Source: Strigamia acuminata
Lineage: Eukaryota
Reading direction: 5' to 3'
Assembly: GCA_949358305.1 (NCBI GenBank)
Contig: OX442314.1
Span: forward strand, 6,572,001 to 6,636,000
DNA: 64,000 bases
The notes under the pieces were generated by a model, which ran no database searches, was not told the origin of the DNA, and saw nothing but the letters and a program-made list of their open reading frames with translations. This document shows positions 22,434 through 33,811 of the stretch, one piece after another; within the stretch, counting starts at the first letter, position 1, and every line of letters begins with the position of its first letter. The translations under genes and the position numbers were made by a program.

Positions 22434-25400
22434 TTAATTACTATTTTTAGAATGATGTGACATCATTATGTCTCCATCACTCACTAGAGTACTGTCTTGC
22501 CGTCCGCGTTCTGCGCAGAATCGACTAGTTTCTCTCTGTTTTGGTGATTTCCGGCTTCTCATGTTATATTTTTTAGCCGATTTTTCGTCATTTTTGTCAA
22601 AATCTGTATTTTGAGATACCACTGGGTGTAGCATGGATCTTCGTTTTACTTTTTTCGGCTTTGTGGCCGGTTCCAACGTGGTTTGTAGATCATCCTGGGC
22701 TATTTGAATGTTCTCAAAACTAATCGCCACGTGTTCAACTTCGTCATCGGAATTTGGCAGCGACGGTAAAGTTTTTACTTCGTCTTCAAATAATGTATTA
22801 ATTTTATTTTCAGTGGGTTGTCCCACCACCTCTCCCCTCCGCCAAATTTCCTGAGTAAATTGAGGGAAATATGGTGTAAGTTCGGATGCGTGGATAGACG
22901 GGAATTTTGCATTATCTTCCAAGCGCTTTAATTCGAAGGCATTGCCTTGATGTGCACGAATAATGGCAAAAGGTCCAGTTCGGCGATCAGCGATTCCGGC
23001 TGAAATTCCTTTAACAGCGCTGGATAATACGTGAGAATTTTTCCAGACTAAGTCGTTCACTTTGAAATTATCGAACTTCTTTTCTGATTGGTGATCTTGT
23101 ACTCTTTTTTGTAGATCAAATACATGTGACATCATGTGCTGATATGTGCTTGCGAGCACTTTCTCCAATTGATGAATGTAAACATGAGGATTTTTTGGGT
23201 CCACGACAAGAACTTCATCTGGCAAGCGCGGATCCCACGGCACTCTCAATTCTCTGCCGAAATTTAAATAAGCTGGTGAGAATTCTCTTCCGGCTGCAAC
23301 CGTAGTTCGCAGACTGAAGGCGAATTCTCGCAAATATTCATCCCAACGGGTGTGAACATCAGTGTATAAAGCAATCAAATATTTAATATCTCTGTTGGTT
23401 CTTTCAACAGGATTCGCCTGAGGATGGTACGGCGAAGTATAAGCCGGTAACATTTTGAATTTCTCGCAAAACTTCTGGTATACTTGCGATCTAAATTGCG
23501 AGCCATTATCAGACAATATTTTGCGTGGAAAGCCAAATTGCAGTGATAAATTATAAATGCAATCAGCTATTTTAGCCGAAGTTGGTTTCGACATTGGCCG
23601 CATCTCCGGCCATTTTGTAGCGACATCGATTATAACGAGTATGTGAGTGTTACCTCGTGGAGTTTTTGGTTTAGGCCCCATGAGATCAGCGCTCAAGCAA
23701 TCAAAGGGAGCATACGGACCCATTTGAGCTGCTTCAATTTCTAATTTTTGCCTTGGCTTGCAAGCCTGGCAGCGTTGACAATGTTTGATAAAGCGAGTAA
23801 TATCTCGTTTCATCGTCGGCCATGCGTAGATTCTTCTAGCTCGATACATCGTTCGAGTAATACCACTGTGTCCAGACAACGGGTGTCCGTGAGCTGTCCA
23901 GATGACTCTGTAAACGAGACTTTCTGGTACAACCACTTTTAACGCTCTTCCGTTTTCTCCTAACTCATCAGTTAGAGTTGGATGGAATTTTAGAAGCAAA
24001 TCTTCTTCAATTAGATAAGCAGACGCCTTTCGTTTAAAACGTCTCTTGCTCATCGCGTGCTTAAGTTCAGGAGGGTAACAGCCATTGAGCAGGAAATTTC
24101 GAATTTTTTGGCATTCTTTATCTTGTTTTTGCCCAACAATAATTTCTTCTCTTGTAGGTGGCTCACATTCTAATTTCTTCACAACGTTGGCTGCAAAAGT
24201 GTGGACGAGGACATTTGATGACGGGAATTCGAACTCTTGAGTCATCATGAGATGAATTTTTTCATTGGATTCAATATTAGGAGGATCATAAGCATGCGAC
24301 CAAAAATTGATTATTCTCTCGTCTTCAACAACTTCCGATGTGGGAAGCTGATTTGGTCCCCCCAGCTTCCAGTGTCGATATGGCGATGGACAATACGCCA
24401 GTAAATCGTCATCTTCACCGTCTACGTTATCTTCTTCGGGCGTGCAGACAGGAGCTCGAGACAAAGCATCGGCCAATACGTTCAACGGCCCTTTAATATA
24501 CTGGATTTCAAATGTATACGCCATTAATTCGAGTTGCCATCGTGCCAGACGTCCTGCCGGTTCCTCCAGAGACATTAGCCATTTCAAGGCCTGATGATCC
24601 GTTTGAACGGTGAATTTGGTAAATTCGATGTAAGGGCGATATTTTCTCAGCGCCCAAACAACGGCCAAACACTCTAATTCAGTAGCCGTGTAATTTACTT
24701 CAGCCGGCTGCAAGCTACGGCTTGAATAAACGCACGGTAGTTCTTCTTGTCCACCCTTTTCAGGCTGGATTTGCATTAATGCGGCGCCCAATCCTTGACG
24801 ACTGGCGTCCGTATGAATTATGAAAGGTTGATACAGATCTGGCATGGCCATCGTTCCTGAATCAGTGAGGGCTTTTTTAATTTTTTCAAAAGCCTCTTGA
24901 TGACTGGGTTGCCAATTGAAATCCATATCCTTTTTCAATAAGGGTCTCAATGGTTCTGCCATGACCGATAAATTTTTTAGAAGTCGATGGAAAAAGTTAA
25001 CCATCCCCAAAAAACGCTGAAGTTCTTTTAAATTGGTTGGGGTTGGAAATTTCGTAATTGCATCCAACTTCTTGGGGTCAACGGCGAGTCCGCCGGTTCC
25101 TAATTTGTACCCAAGAAAAATCAATTCTTTTCTGCAAAATTTTGACTTATCCGGGTTGACACACAAATTAGCTTGGTCTAATTTTCCTAAAATTTTATCG
25201 ACATTGATTAAATGTTCTTCATATGTCTTTGAAACAGTTATGATATCGTCCAGGTACGCCCAAGCTTGTCGCCTATACATTTCATCGAGGACTTTCTCAA
25301 TTAAACGTTGGAAACTAGTCGGTGCATTTTTCAGTCCAAATGCCATAACTAAAAACATCAATCGGCCTATAGGGCTCCAAAAAGCCGTTTTCGGCTGTGC

Positions 25401-26870
25401 AGACGGGGTTAAACCTATCTGCCAGTAGCCTTTTGTCAAGTCGATTGTGGTGACCCACTCAAATGAACCAATTTCTCTTAAAATTTCTTCGATTGTCGGC
25501 ATCTGAGGAGGATCATATTCTGTATGTTCGTTTAATGGCCGGTAATCTACACAGAGGCGTGGTTCGGCCCCCGGTTTGACCACTAAAACAATTCGCATGG
25601 CATAATCTCCAGTGGCAGGCACAGCGATTCCCTTGTCCACCATATCCTGACAGATTTGCCGAATTATTTCCCTTTTCTGAGGGTTATAACTTTTAAATGG
25701 TACCCTTATAGGTTTATCAGTTGTCAGCTTGATATCGTGCTGCACTATGTGTGTACGTCCAGGAACTCTTGATAGAATTCTCTGTCGTCTCTTTAATACT
25801 TCCGCCAATGAGAGTCCTTGCTCCAATGTTAGATTGGCATCATTCACCATTTTGGTGATATCATCTCCCATTTTCAGAGTAGCTGCGCCAGCCAAAATTC
25901 CTTCATGACATACAAATGTAGCATTGTCTGGCGGTAATTCTTCAATTTTGGTTTTATATCTGTCCAAAACTGACTGCGGTATATATGGTAGAGTTTCGGT
26001 CAATGGAGTAATAAAATTCCATGACATCGTTTTCGGATTCGGCTGTATACTTAGCCGCTTCATGAAATCATTTCCCAATAAAATCATCGGGAAGCGGTGT
26101 TCAATAACTATGAAAGGATGCACAAGGACTCCATGTGTCCATCGAAATGACAGCAACAGGGTTCCGACTGGTTGAATATCTTTGCCAGCCGTTCCAATAC
26201 AGAGACTTGGCGAGATGTACTGTAATTCTTTTTCTAATTTCAGATTTTCCATTACTGAAGCCGCCATAAAGCTTCTATTGGCTCCAGAATCTAACAATCC
26301 AGTAATTGGCCCTTTCATGGTCTGTAGTTGTATTTTCGGAATTCCCGTAAAATCTTCCATGTTCAAATTGCAGGTGACTCTACGTATCCGATGTTCTAAT
26401 GCAGGATAATCAATAGGGAGTTCGTCCATTTCATCGCTATATGATAGAACGACCCTTTCCATAGCTCTAGTCATTTCTTCAATTTCATCGACCTCTTTCG
26501 ACTTGGGACGGAATTTTTCCCAAAGTTTATCCATCCAGTTTTTACTTGGTTTGGGACAACATTGTAGCGCTTTCCTAACGTGATATTGAAAGTATCGTTT
26601 GTCGGCCGTTTTTTCGGCCAATACTTCGTTAAGTTTTGTAAGGTCAACTTTAGGAAATCTCAGGTCACATGGTTTAAATTGAGCTACCATCAAATGTTTT
26701 TTATCTACTGAATCCCAGTAGTCTAAATAGTTTTTATCCAATGGTTCACGGTAATCATGGGTTACTTCAATCTTGGGACAAACGTCGACGTCCATCTCCT
26801 TAATTGTTTCCGAGGCAACGGGCGCGAGTTTCAGCGTATTCGCTGCCAAACCCGCGCTCACAAGTTTTTT
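22434..26870 (-). CDS. pol: E2 Pol (PR-RT-RH-IN), -1 frameshift
   Basis: LLDSGA, YLDD, TDAS, HGHPLSGH...CQRC, DLMGP/SDNG/VER and GPF motifs. Confidence 0.97.
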   Translation of the reverse strand, partial: KKLVSAGLAANTLKLAPVASETIKEMDVDVCPKIEVTHDYREPLDKNYLDYWDSVDKKHLMVAQFKPCDLRFPKVDLTKLNEVLAEKTADKRYFQYHVRKALQCCPKPSKNWMDKLWEKFRPKSKEVDEIEEMTRAMERVVLSYSDEMDELPIDYPALEHRIRRVTCNLNMEDFTGIPKIQLQTMKGPITGLLDSGANRSFMAASVMENLKLEKELQYISPSLCIGTAGKDIQPVGTLLLSFRWTHGVLVHPFIVIEHRFPMILLGNDFMKRLSIQPNPKTMSWNFITPLTETLPYIPQSVLDRYKTKIEELPPDNATFVCHEGILAGAATLKMGDDITKMVNDANLTLEQGLSLAEVLKRRQRILSRVPGRTHIVQHDIKLTTDKPIRVPFKSYNPQKREIIRQICQDMVDKGIAVPATGDYAMRIVLVVKPGAEPRLCVDYRPLNEHTEYDPPQMPTIEEILREIGSFEWVTTIDLTKGYWQIGLTPSAQPKTAFWSPIGRLMFLVMAFGLKNAPTSFQRLIEKVLDEMYRRQAWAYLDDIITVSKTYEEHLINVDKILGKLDQANLCVNPDKSKFCRKELIFLGYKLGTGGLAVDPKKLDAITKFPTPTNLKELQRFLGMVNFFHRLLKNLSVMAEPLRPLLKKDMDFNWQPSHQEAFEKIKKALTDSGTMAMPDLYQPFIIHTDASRQGLGAALMQIQPEKGGQEELPCVYSSRSLQPAEVNYTATELECLAVVWALRKYRPYIEFTKFTVQTDHQALKWLMSLEEPAGRLARWQLELMAYTFEIQYIKGPLNVLADALSRAPVCTPEEDNVDGEDDDLLAYCPSPYRHWKLGGPNQLPTSEVVEDERIINFWSHAYDPPNIESNEKIHLMMTQEFEFPSSNVLVHTFAANVVKKLECEPPTREEIIVGQKQDKECQKIRNFLLNGCYPPELKHAMSKRRFKRKASAYLIEEDLLLKFHPTLTDELGENGRALKVVVPESLVYRVIWTAHGHPLSGHSGITRTMYRARRIYAWPTMKRDITRFIKHCQRCQACKPRQKLEIEAAQMGPYAPFDCLSADLMGPKPKTPRGNTHILVIIDVATKWPEMRPMSKPTSAKIADCIYNLSLQFGFPRKILSDNGSQFRSQVYQKFCEKFKMLPAYTSPYHPQANPVERTNRDIKYLIALYTDVHTRWDEYLREFAFSLRTTVAAGREFSPAYLNFGRELRVPWDPRLPDEVLVVDPKNPHVYIHQLEKVLASTYQHMMSHVFDLQKRVQDHQSEKKFDNFKVNDLVWKNSHVLSSAVKGISAGIADRRTGPFAIIRAHQGNAFELKRLEDNAKFPSIHASELTPYFPQFTQEIWRRGEVVGQPTENKINTLFEDEVKTLPSLPNSDDEVEHVAISFENIQIAQDDLQTTLEPATKPKKVKRRSMLHPVVSQNTDFDKNDEKSAKKYNMRSRKSPKQRETSRFCAERGRQDSTLVSDGDIMMSHHSKNSN

Positions 26871-29461
26871 CGGAGCAGTTCCCCCAACTTGCTGACAAGA
26901 CCTTCTATCTCGGCAGCTGCTGGACTTCTATCAGGACACTGATTCGACCAATGCCCCAACTTTCCACATCTATGGCACGGATCAGTTTCTGGTGACTTGC
27001 GCCTAGGACCGTTTCCTGAAGTGGGCGACTTTGAACGGGGTTCTACGGCTTTTTTATCTGTAGCCGATTCCTTTTCAGTATCCGGAATCACTTCGGGCTT
27101 GATGGGTAGCGGCAAAGGTGATTTTGATCGAGCATCTGTATTAAGGTTTGCTGTATTAAAAGTAACGTTTTTACCAACCATTTTTGGTCTGAATTTATTC
27201 TCAGTGACATGCTTCGCGAGTAATACAATAGCATTCTCAACTAAAGGGTCTAGCCCTGGGTCGTCTTCTTCGACTACATCAGTGCTGTCCTCTGACAAGG
27301 CAAGATTCGCGTAAGCTCGAGAATTTTTGGGTAGTTTGTGGGGGTTCGGAGGTCCGGCACTTGTAGTTTTATCCGTCTTCTCCGCAAAGTAATCCCCTCG
27401 ATCTCGGGGTTGCATTAAAGGAGCTTGTCCAAGCCTAGCTTCTTTCACATATTCTTTAATGCGTAACTGCCGTTTTTTAATAGCTGCAGTTTCCTCCGGA
27501 GTCAAATATTCATTATACTTTTCTTCAATTCTCAGGTCATTATCCCTTAAAAATTGGGAGAGTTCTTTGAACGATCCGACCGGCGGTGCATCAACATTTT
27601 GCAGAATACTTCGGGAATATGGTGTCATTGCCTTTCGAAATTTTCTGTCCACATCATGGTCAGTAGATGGCGTTGGTAATGATGACAACAAATCTTCGGT
27701 TCGGCGAAGATAGGAACGGATGTCTTCTCCCGCTGATTGAGCTAGATTGTCCCATAACTGATAAATATCTTCAGTAGGTTCAGCGTACTCTCGCATGAAT
27801 GCTTCTACAAATTGATTCCAATGCACGAATTCACGCTCAACGAACCAATTTTCGGCGCGTGCCACCAATGATTTTGGGACTAACTTCTCCAAAGTATCTT
27901 GAGGTGTTATACCATTTAGTCGAGCCATTCTGGTAATTTCTTCCAAAAAGGTTGATCCCATTTGGAATTCTCCATTAAAACGATCAGGGACTAATCGATC
28001 CCATCGAATTGTTTTCACATCGGCAATTTTATGCCGCCACTTATCAGTGGTGTATTTTGCAATTTTGCGCTTCAAGTCGAATTTACGTAACTCTGCTAGC
28101 CGTGTGGTTCGACTTGCTGACTGCGCTTGTTTTTGAAACATTGCATCAATCTGCTCAGCAGTGTAATAACGTTCGTCGCTGGACCGAGATCTTCTAGATT
28201 TCGTCCTTGAACGACTCTTTCGCTCTTTCCGCGTCTCAGATCGAGTAGATTTTTCGCCTTCCGAAAGGGATTCGTCCTTCGACCCTCGTGGCGGAGGTAC
28301 ATTGTCGTATTTCTGACGCTCATCCCCCTTATCACGATCTTCGGGGTCTGGAGACGCACTTCGACTTCCAGATTGGTCATAATTATCGTTGGACCGATGC
28401 GAATCGTTTTGTATCTTCATACGATTTCTCTCATCCATCATGGTCATGAGTTTGTCGCTATTAGTGAAAATTTCGGCATCTGAAGCGCCGTTCTTTTTTG
28501 ATGTAGGCCCCTCAGCATTGGAACATCTTCTTTTGCGCGACTGTCGCTCATCTTCACTTGATGTTTGAGACGATTCGTTGGTTGCAGAATCTTCTAGCTG
28601 CACGACTTTCTTTTTCACCTTGGCGGCAGGACCTTTCTGTTGTGAGGCGAATTCAGCAACACGTATTCGTTCTTGTTCCTCCTCAAATTCCTCTTGTTCT
28701 TTCAGCAATTTGGCTCGCCGCAGCTCATCTTCAGTTTCTTGAGCTTTTTTGTCGGCGGCTGCCATTTGTCTACGGAGTTCTTCATTAGATGATTCCTGTT
28801 GCTTTATGGAATCCCAAGCAATCTTCTGCTCTCTATTAAAGACTTCATTCTCTTTTTTAGACAAATGTTTCTTTCGAGCATCGAATTCCATGCGTTGGCG
28901 CTCCAGTTCGTCCGATTGTTTTTTCAGTTTTTCTTCACTGTGACGGTACTGAGCGTTTATCTCTTGCAAAGCTTGATTCGATTTTTCAGCAGCTTCCTTG
29001 GCTTGAGACGCTGAGTTCATTTTTCGAGTAACAGCAGCCATCTGCTCGTTCATATGATCGACCAGGCGTTTTCTTTCATGATTAGACATGGCTTCGTAAA
29101 TCTCCATAATCGTCATCTGATCAGTTACTTGTACCCCCTGGAGAATTGCTCGATCCAGAAGTTCCTTGTAACCCACCGGTTGCGTATCAGGAATCTCGAT
29201 GTTGTCCAAATCCATGGAAGAATCACCCCAGTTCGTTGGTCCAGCGGAAATCGCTTCTTCGCGTTCTTCACCGCCTGTTCCAACTTCCTTAGTCGTGACA
29301 CTCTCGGCGGCAACAGCGTCAATAGCTTCGGCTACATGTTGAGCCGTTAGGCTATTACGTGCCGTTCGAGGACGACCCGATCTACGGCGCTTAGCGCCCG
29401 TTTTCGTACGAGTCTGTACTCCTTCATCATCAATGGGGTTTTCTCCTTCTGAGTTAGACAT
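26858..29461 (-). CDS. gag: E2 Gag (867 aa, long coiled-coil-like N-terminus)
   Basis: CCHC knuckle CHRCGKLGHWSNQC, capsid-like RAENWF...W region, located between the PBS and pol. Confidence 0.95.
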   Translation of the reverse strand: MSNSEGENPIDDEGVQTRTKTGAKRRRSGRPRTARNSLTAQHVAEAIDAVAAESVTTKEVGTGGEEREEAISAGPTNWGDSSMDLDNIEIPDTQPVGYKELLDRAILQGVQVTDQMTIMEIYEAMSNHERKRLVDHMNEQMAAVTRKMNSASQAKEAAEKSNQALQEINAQYRHSEEKLKKQSDELERQRMEFDARKKHLSKKENEVFNREQKIAWDSIKQQESSNEELRRQMAAADKKAQETEDELRRAKLLKEQEEFEEEQERIRVAEFASQQKGPAAKVKKKVVQLEDSATNESSQTSSEDERQSRKRRCSNAEGPTSKKNGASDAEIFTNSDKLMTMMDERNRMKIQNDSHRSNDNYDQSGSRSASPDPEDRDKGDERQKYDNVPPPRGSKDESLSEGEKSTRSETRKERKSRSRTKSRRSRSSDERYYTAEQIDAMFQKQAQSASRTTRLAELRKFDLKRKIAKYTTDKWRHKIADVKTIRWDRLVPDRFNGEFQMGSTFLEEITRMARLNGITPQDTLEKLVPKSLVARAENWFVEREFVHWNQFVEAFMREYAEPTEDIYQLWDNLAQSAGEDIRSYLRRTEDLLSSLPTPSTDHDVDRKFRKAMTPYSRSILQNVDAPPVGSFKELSQFLRDNDLRIEEKYNEYLTPEETAAIKKRQLRIKEYVKEARLGQAPLMQPRDRGDYFAEKTDKTTSAGPPNPHKLPKNSRAYANLALSEDSTDVVEEDDPGLDPLVENAIVLLAKHVTENKFRPKMVGKNVTFNTANLNTDARSKSPLPLPIKPEVIPDTEKESATDKKAVEPRSKSPTSGNGPRRKSPETDPCHRCGKLGHWSNQCPDRSPAAAEIEGLVSKLGELLRKNL

Positions 29462-29533
29462 ACTGGGTTAGACAGATAAGAGAGAAAGATGATAGGAAAG
29501 TAGGAATAAATTCTAGGTTTAAACAATGGGATT

Positions 29534-29551
29534 ATCCCGGACGGGCCCCCA
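29534..29551 (-). promoter_or_regulatory. E2 primer-binding site, tRNA-Pro
   Basis: TGGGGGCCCGTCCGGGAT, one mismatch to the canonical tRNA-Pro PBS TGGGGGCTCGTCCGGGAT. Confidence 0.9.
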
Positions 29552-29553
29552 AG

Positions 29554-30732
29554 TGTTGCGTTCCTGACGGTTCCAATTGAATTTTCACAACAACACTAAA
29601 TTTATATTTAGTCACTATGGGATTTTTCCAATTGCAAGAGATCCCGGCGTTCACCTGTGGAAGCAGTTGAATGCCGTTTATAGGTCTTCTATCGGGTGGG
29701 TTAGCCGTTAAGTCGGTGTCTAGGGATTTGATCTCGAATAAAGGCTAGTTTAGTTATTTTAAGTCAAACAGTTAATCAATTTATTGAGCGTTAATTACAG
29801 GTTCAATTGAAGTGAATGTTAATAAAATGGGTTCTATGAGGATGAGATCGTCGGCGTGGAAGGCGACGTGCTCGAAGCAGCGCGGGACTCCTTCGGGCGG
29901 GAAAAAGCAGTGCAGAAATGGCGACACGTCGCCGCGCAAATTCTGCGAAGTGAGAAAGGAAGCGTGAAGCCGAAAGACTTCACAAAGAGTGTCGGCTGTT
30001 AAGCCTGACAAGACGGGAAATCTTAAGTTAAACCCTAGATTGCAACGGGAGATTTCCGTTGGAGACAAGTAGTCAAACGGCGGGTACCGCCGATCGTTAA
30101 AACCTGACTGGAGATCCGCTACAATCTGAATTGGAATCGTCGTCAACAGGTCGAGGAGCGGCGACGATGGCTCTGCAATCCTCGGCGGCTGGCTGGCGTC
30201 GATCTTCAACGGCGTGGGCGCGTTGGTCTTCGGGCGGCGGCGGGAACGACGGTGGTTTGGGCCGTCGTGCGTCGTCTTCGCGGCTCGGAAAGTGATTCGT
30301 TTGAACGTTGGTTCAAACAAATCGGGTTGAAACTTGGCAAACTCACGGGTCACGGACAAAACAGTGTTTTTGGTTAGTGAACAAAGCTGTGTCGGTGTGA
30401 ACGGTATGAGTGTGATGCAAAGAGTGAGTAATAATTTGAATTATTACTCGGAATATGGCCGGAAAACGGCCAGTGCGCAGGCGTGGCGTGTGCCAAGGCA
30501 CGCTTCAGCCCTAGCAACGGTGCAAAATTTGGGGATTGACTTAGCAACGCCCCAATCCAGGGCTCAAAATGCCAGGGCAGCCGTTACAGCTTCTGGGCCA
30601 ATTGCCCAAAAGCGCAACAGGTGCATGGCAAAAAACACAATTCTAATGATTACGGTTAAAATATAAATGATATGTTAAAAACGTGGCAGAAAAACCTCTC
30701 TACAAATGAAGTGAACATTTGAGATCGCAACA
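29554..30732 (-). repeat. E2 5' LTR
   Basis: Direct repeat of 17562-18740. Confidence 0.97.
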
Positions 30733-30978
30733 AGGGTTAGGTGTTTTTTGAACAGATTCAGTCTGGTGATGTAGCAAATGAATATTTAATGGCTATCAGG
30801 TCAAAATTAACTTGCAAGTTTGTATGTGGTTAATGCTAATGCGATGACCCATTGCCAACTGATAACTGACCGCGGATTAGCTCATCAGTTGATGTTTAGA
30901 ACAGCGAAAATGAAAATAGATGGGATAAAATTGGAACTGATGTATGAAAAGAAATGAAACAAGTAGTTAAGGATACTG

Positions 30979-31172
30979 TATAGATCAGTGGCTGTTTTTA
31001 TAGATCCAGATTTATAGATCCAGATTTTATAGATCCAGATTTATAGATCCAGATTTTATAGATCTGTGGATTTATAGATCTCTAATTTTTGGGTTTTTAT
31101 GAGTGTTGATTTATGGATCCACTCATATACTGATTTATAGATCCACTAATATGGATCTATAAATATAGATCC
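30979..31172. repeat. Subterminal 15-16-bp tatagatccagattt tandem array of the left arm (mirrored at about 51520-51715)
   Basis: Repeated (t)tatagatcc(agattt) units. Confidence 0.85.
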
Positions 31173-32689
31173 GAAATCTGATTTTTGCTGTATTTTATTT
31201 GTTTTTAATTCCAAATTTTGTGTTAATCGTTGCTAATAATTCACACTAGGGCCGCCACTTTGCAGTGGTGTTGTTATTTTTTCCCTCCACTTCTCTTCCG
31301 TCTCTTTGACCTGTGATTTGATCTTTTTTCCGGTAAAAAAAATAAGGGAAGTGACTGAAATTTTTTATTTTAATGAATTAAAAAATTTGAGATAAAATTA
31401 TAAAAATATTTTAAAAAATTCCAGGTAAATACAGTTTTTTCTCTCTGCTTTTTTTCTCTGCTTTTTCTCTCTGCTTTTTTTTTAAATTGTTTTTAAATAA
31501 AAAACAATGGATTTTGTCATTACTATTGCCAACAATGAGACGGAAGATGGCACCAGCATTGTGCAAGAGCAGTGCATTATTGCAACGAGATGAGAGTGTC
31601 TTTAGCTATGAGTGGTTTAAATAGGACTGTGATGGGTGTATCTAAGAGGGAAATCTGTAGGTTTTTATTTCATTTCTGTATTTTGAAGAGTAATTTGATT
31701 TCACAAAACACATTTTTTATTATTTTGTTTACATAATTTTGACACAGCAATTTGACATTTACATAAAGGTTACAAAGTTCAAATGAAGGAAGTAAGTTGT
31801 TTCCTCTTTTGAATGTATTTTTTTTCACTTGAATTTCACTTAAAATCACACTTTGATTTTACAAAACACATTTTTATTATTTTGTTTACATAATTTTGAT
31901 ACAGCAATTTGACATTTACATAAAGGTTACAAAGTTCGAATGAAGGAAGTAAGTTGTTTCCTCTTTTGAATGTATTTTTTTCACTTGAATTTCACTTAAA
32001 ATCACATATTCGTCACTTAAATTTCACTTAAAATCACACATTTTTCACTTGAATTTCACTTAAAATCACACTTTTTTCACTTGAAAAAACACTTTTCTCA
32101 CTTGAAAATCCACTTTTCTCACTTGAAAACACGTTTTTTTATTTTGTTTCATAATTTTGACAACAATTTGACATTTGCATAAAGGTTCCAAAGTTTGAAT
32201 GAAGTAAGTAAGTTAGTTTGGTGAATCAAAGCTTTACTTAACACAATTTCAAATGAAGATTACCAATAATTATTACAATGTTTGAATGAATGAAGTAAGT
32301 TATGTCTTTTGATTCTTTCACTTTTTCACATAAAATTTGAAACTTATATAGGAGGAGGAAGAAATCCATCTATTGCACGCTTTGCGTCCTATTTTACAAT
32401 TCGTGAAGTGAAGGAGACAAGGATGTCTCGAAAACCTGGCATCGCAATTCAACCAACGCGTAGGATACGAAAACAGGACAGGCGCTGCAAACGGGATAGG
32501 TGTCAGACTGTGCCGCAGCAACGCGTGGCCAGGCACTGCTTGTAAATAAACCTGTATTATTATGTAAATCTGCGTGGGTTGGGTATCGATCCGTACTGAC
32601 CTACAACGTGGACGATGAGATAAACTAAACCGAACACCTTATTCATGCAGTCCCTTGACCATCGGACCCCTGTCTTACACATGACTTAT

Positions 32690-33330
32690 AAAATTCTCTA
32701 ACATTTGGTGAAAATTCTCTAACATTTGTTGAAAATTCTCTAACATTTGGTGAAAATTCTCTAACATTTGGTGAATATTCTCTAACATTTGGTGAAAATT
32801 CTCTAACATTTGGTGAATATTCTCTAACATTTGGTGAAAATTCTCTAACATTTGTTGAAAATTCTCTAACATTTGGTGAAAATTCTCTAACATTTGGTGA
32901 AAATTCTCTAACATTTGGTGAAAATTCTATAACATTTGGTGAAAATTTCCTAACATTTGATGAAAATTTTCTTACATTTGGTGAAGATTCTCTAAGCTGT
33001 GTGGAAAAATCTCTAAGTTGTGTTGAAAATTGTCTAACTATTGATGAAAATTGTCTAACTTTTATTGAAAATTGTCTAACTTTTATTGAAAATTGTCTAA
33101 CTTTTATTGAAAATTGTCTTAGTTTTTGAGAAAATTGTCTTAGTTTTTGAGAAAATTGTCTTAGTTTTTGAGAAAATTGTCTTAGTTTTTGAGAAAATTG
33201 TCTTAGTTTTGGTGAAAATTGTCTTACTTCTGATGAAAATTCTCTTGGTTTTGATGAAAATTCTCTAGGTTTTGATGAAAATACTCTTGGTTTTGATGAA
33301 AATTCTCTTGGTTTTGATGAAAACTCTATG
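32690..33330. repeat. 21-bp minisatellite in the left arm
   Basis: Units like gaaaattctctaacatttggt, grading into gaaaattgtcttagtttttga and gaaaattctcttggttttgat; these give the 7-aa repeat ORFs (FSPNVRE). Confidence 0.95.
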
Positions 33331-33811
33331 TTGTGCTGAGAAATCTTTAACATTTGATGATGAAATACAGGAATTTTTTCAGTGGTTTTGTAACTATATA
33401 GAAACTTTCAAACACCTAGCACCTGCGGTTTGTAAGTCATGCTAATGTTGATGTCAAAACTACACAAACTGTTCAAAGAGTCTGTTTCTCGAGAACCGAT
33501 CATGGGATATGAATAAAACTTATTTTATTGGGTTTTTTACGAGGTTTTGTAACACTATCAAAACTATCAGTGACCTGATGCTTGCGGTTTGTAAGTCATG
33601 CTAATGTTGATGTCAAAACTGCACATACCGTTCGAATAGTCTGTTTCTTGAGAATCGACCATGAGATATGGATGAGTAAACTTTGTTGAAAAACAAATAA
33701 ATTAGCATGAAAGAGCATTGTTTTATCTACATTTTCACTTAAAAAAACCAGTAGAACTTCAACTAGTGGTGAAATAAAAAATTATTACAAAATCAACTCA
33801 GGGAAATTAAA

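Larger units (their letters stand above)
17562..30732 (-). mobile_element. Ty3/Gypsy LTR retrotransposon E2 (13.17 kb; gag, pol, spliced ORF3)
   Basis: 1179-bp LTRs at offset 11992 with TGTTGCG...CGCAACA ends. TSD AGGG at 17558-17561 and 30733-30736. gag and pol are uninterrupted. Confidence 0.98.
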
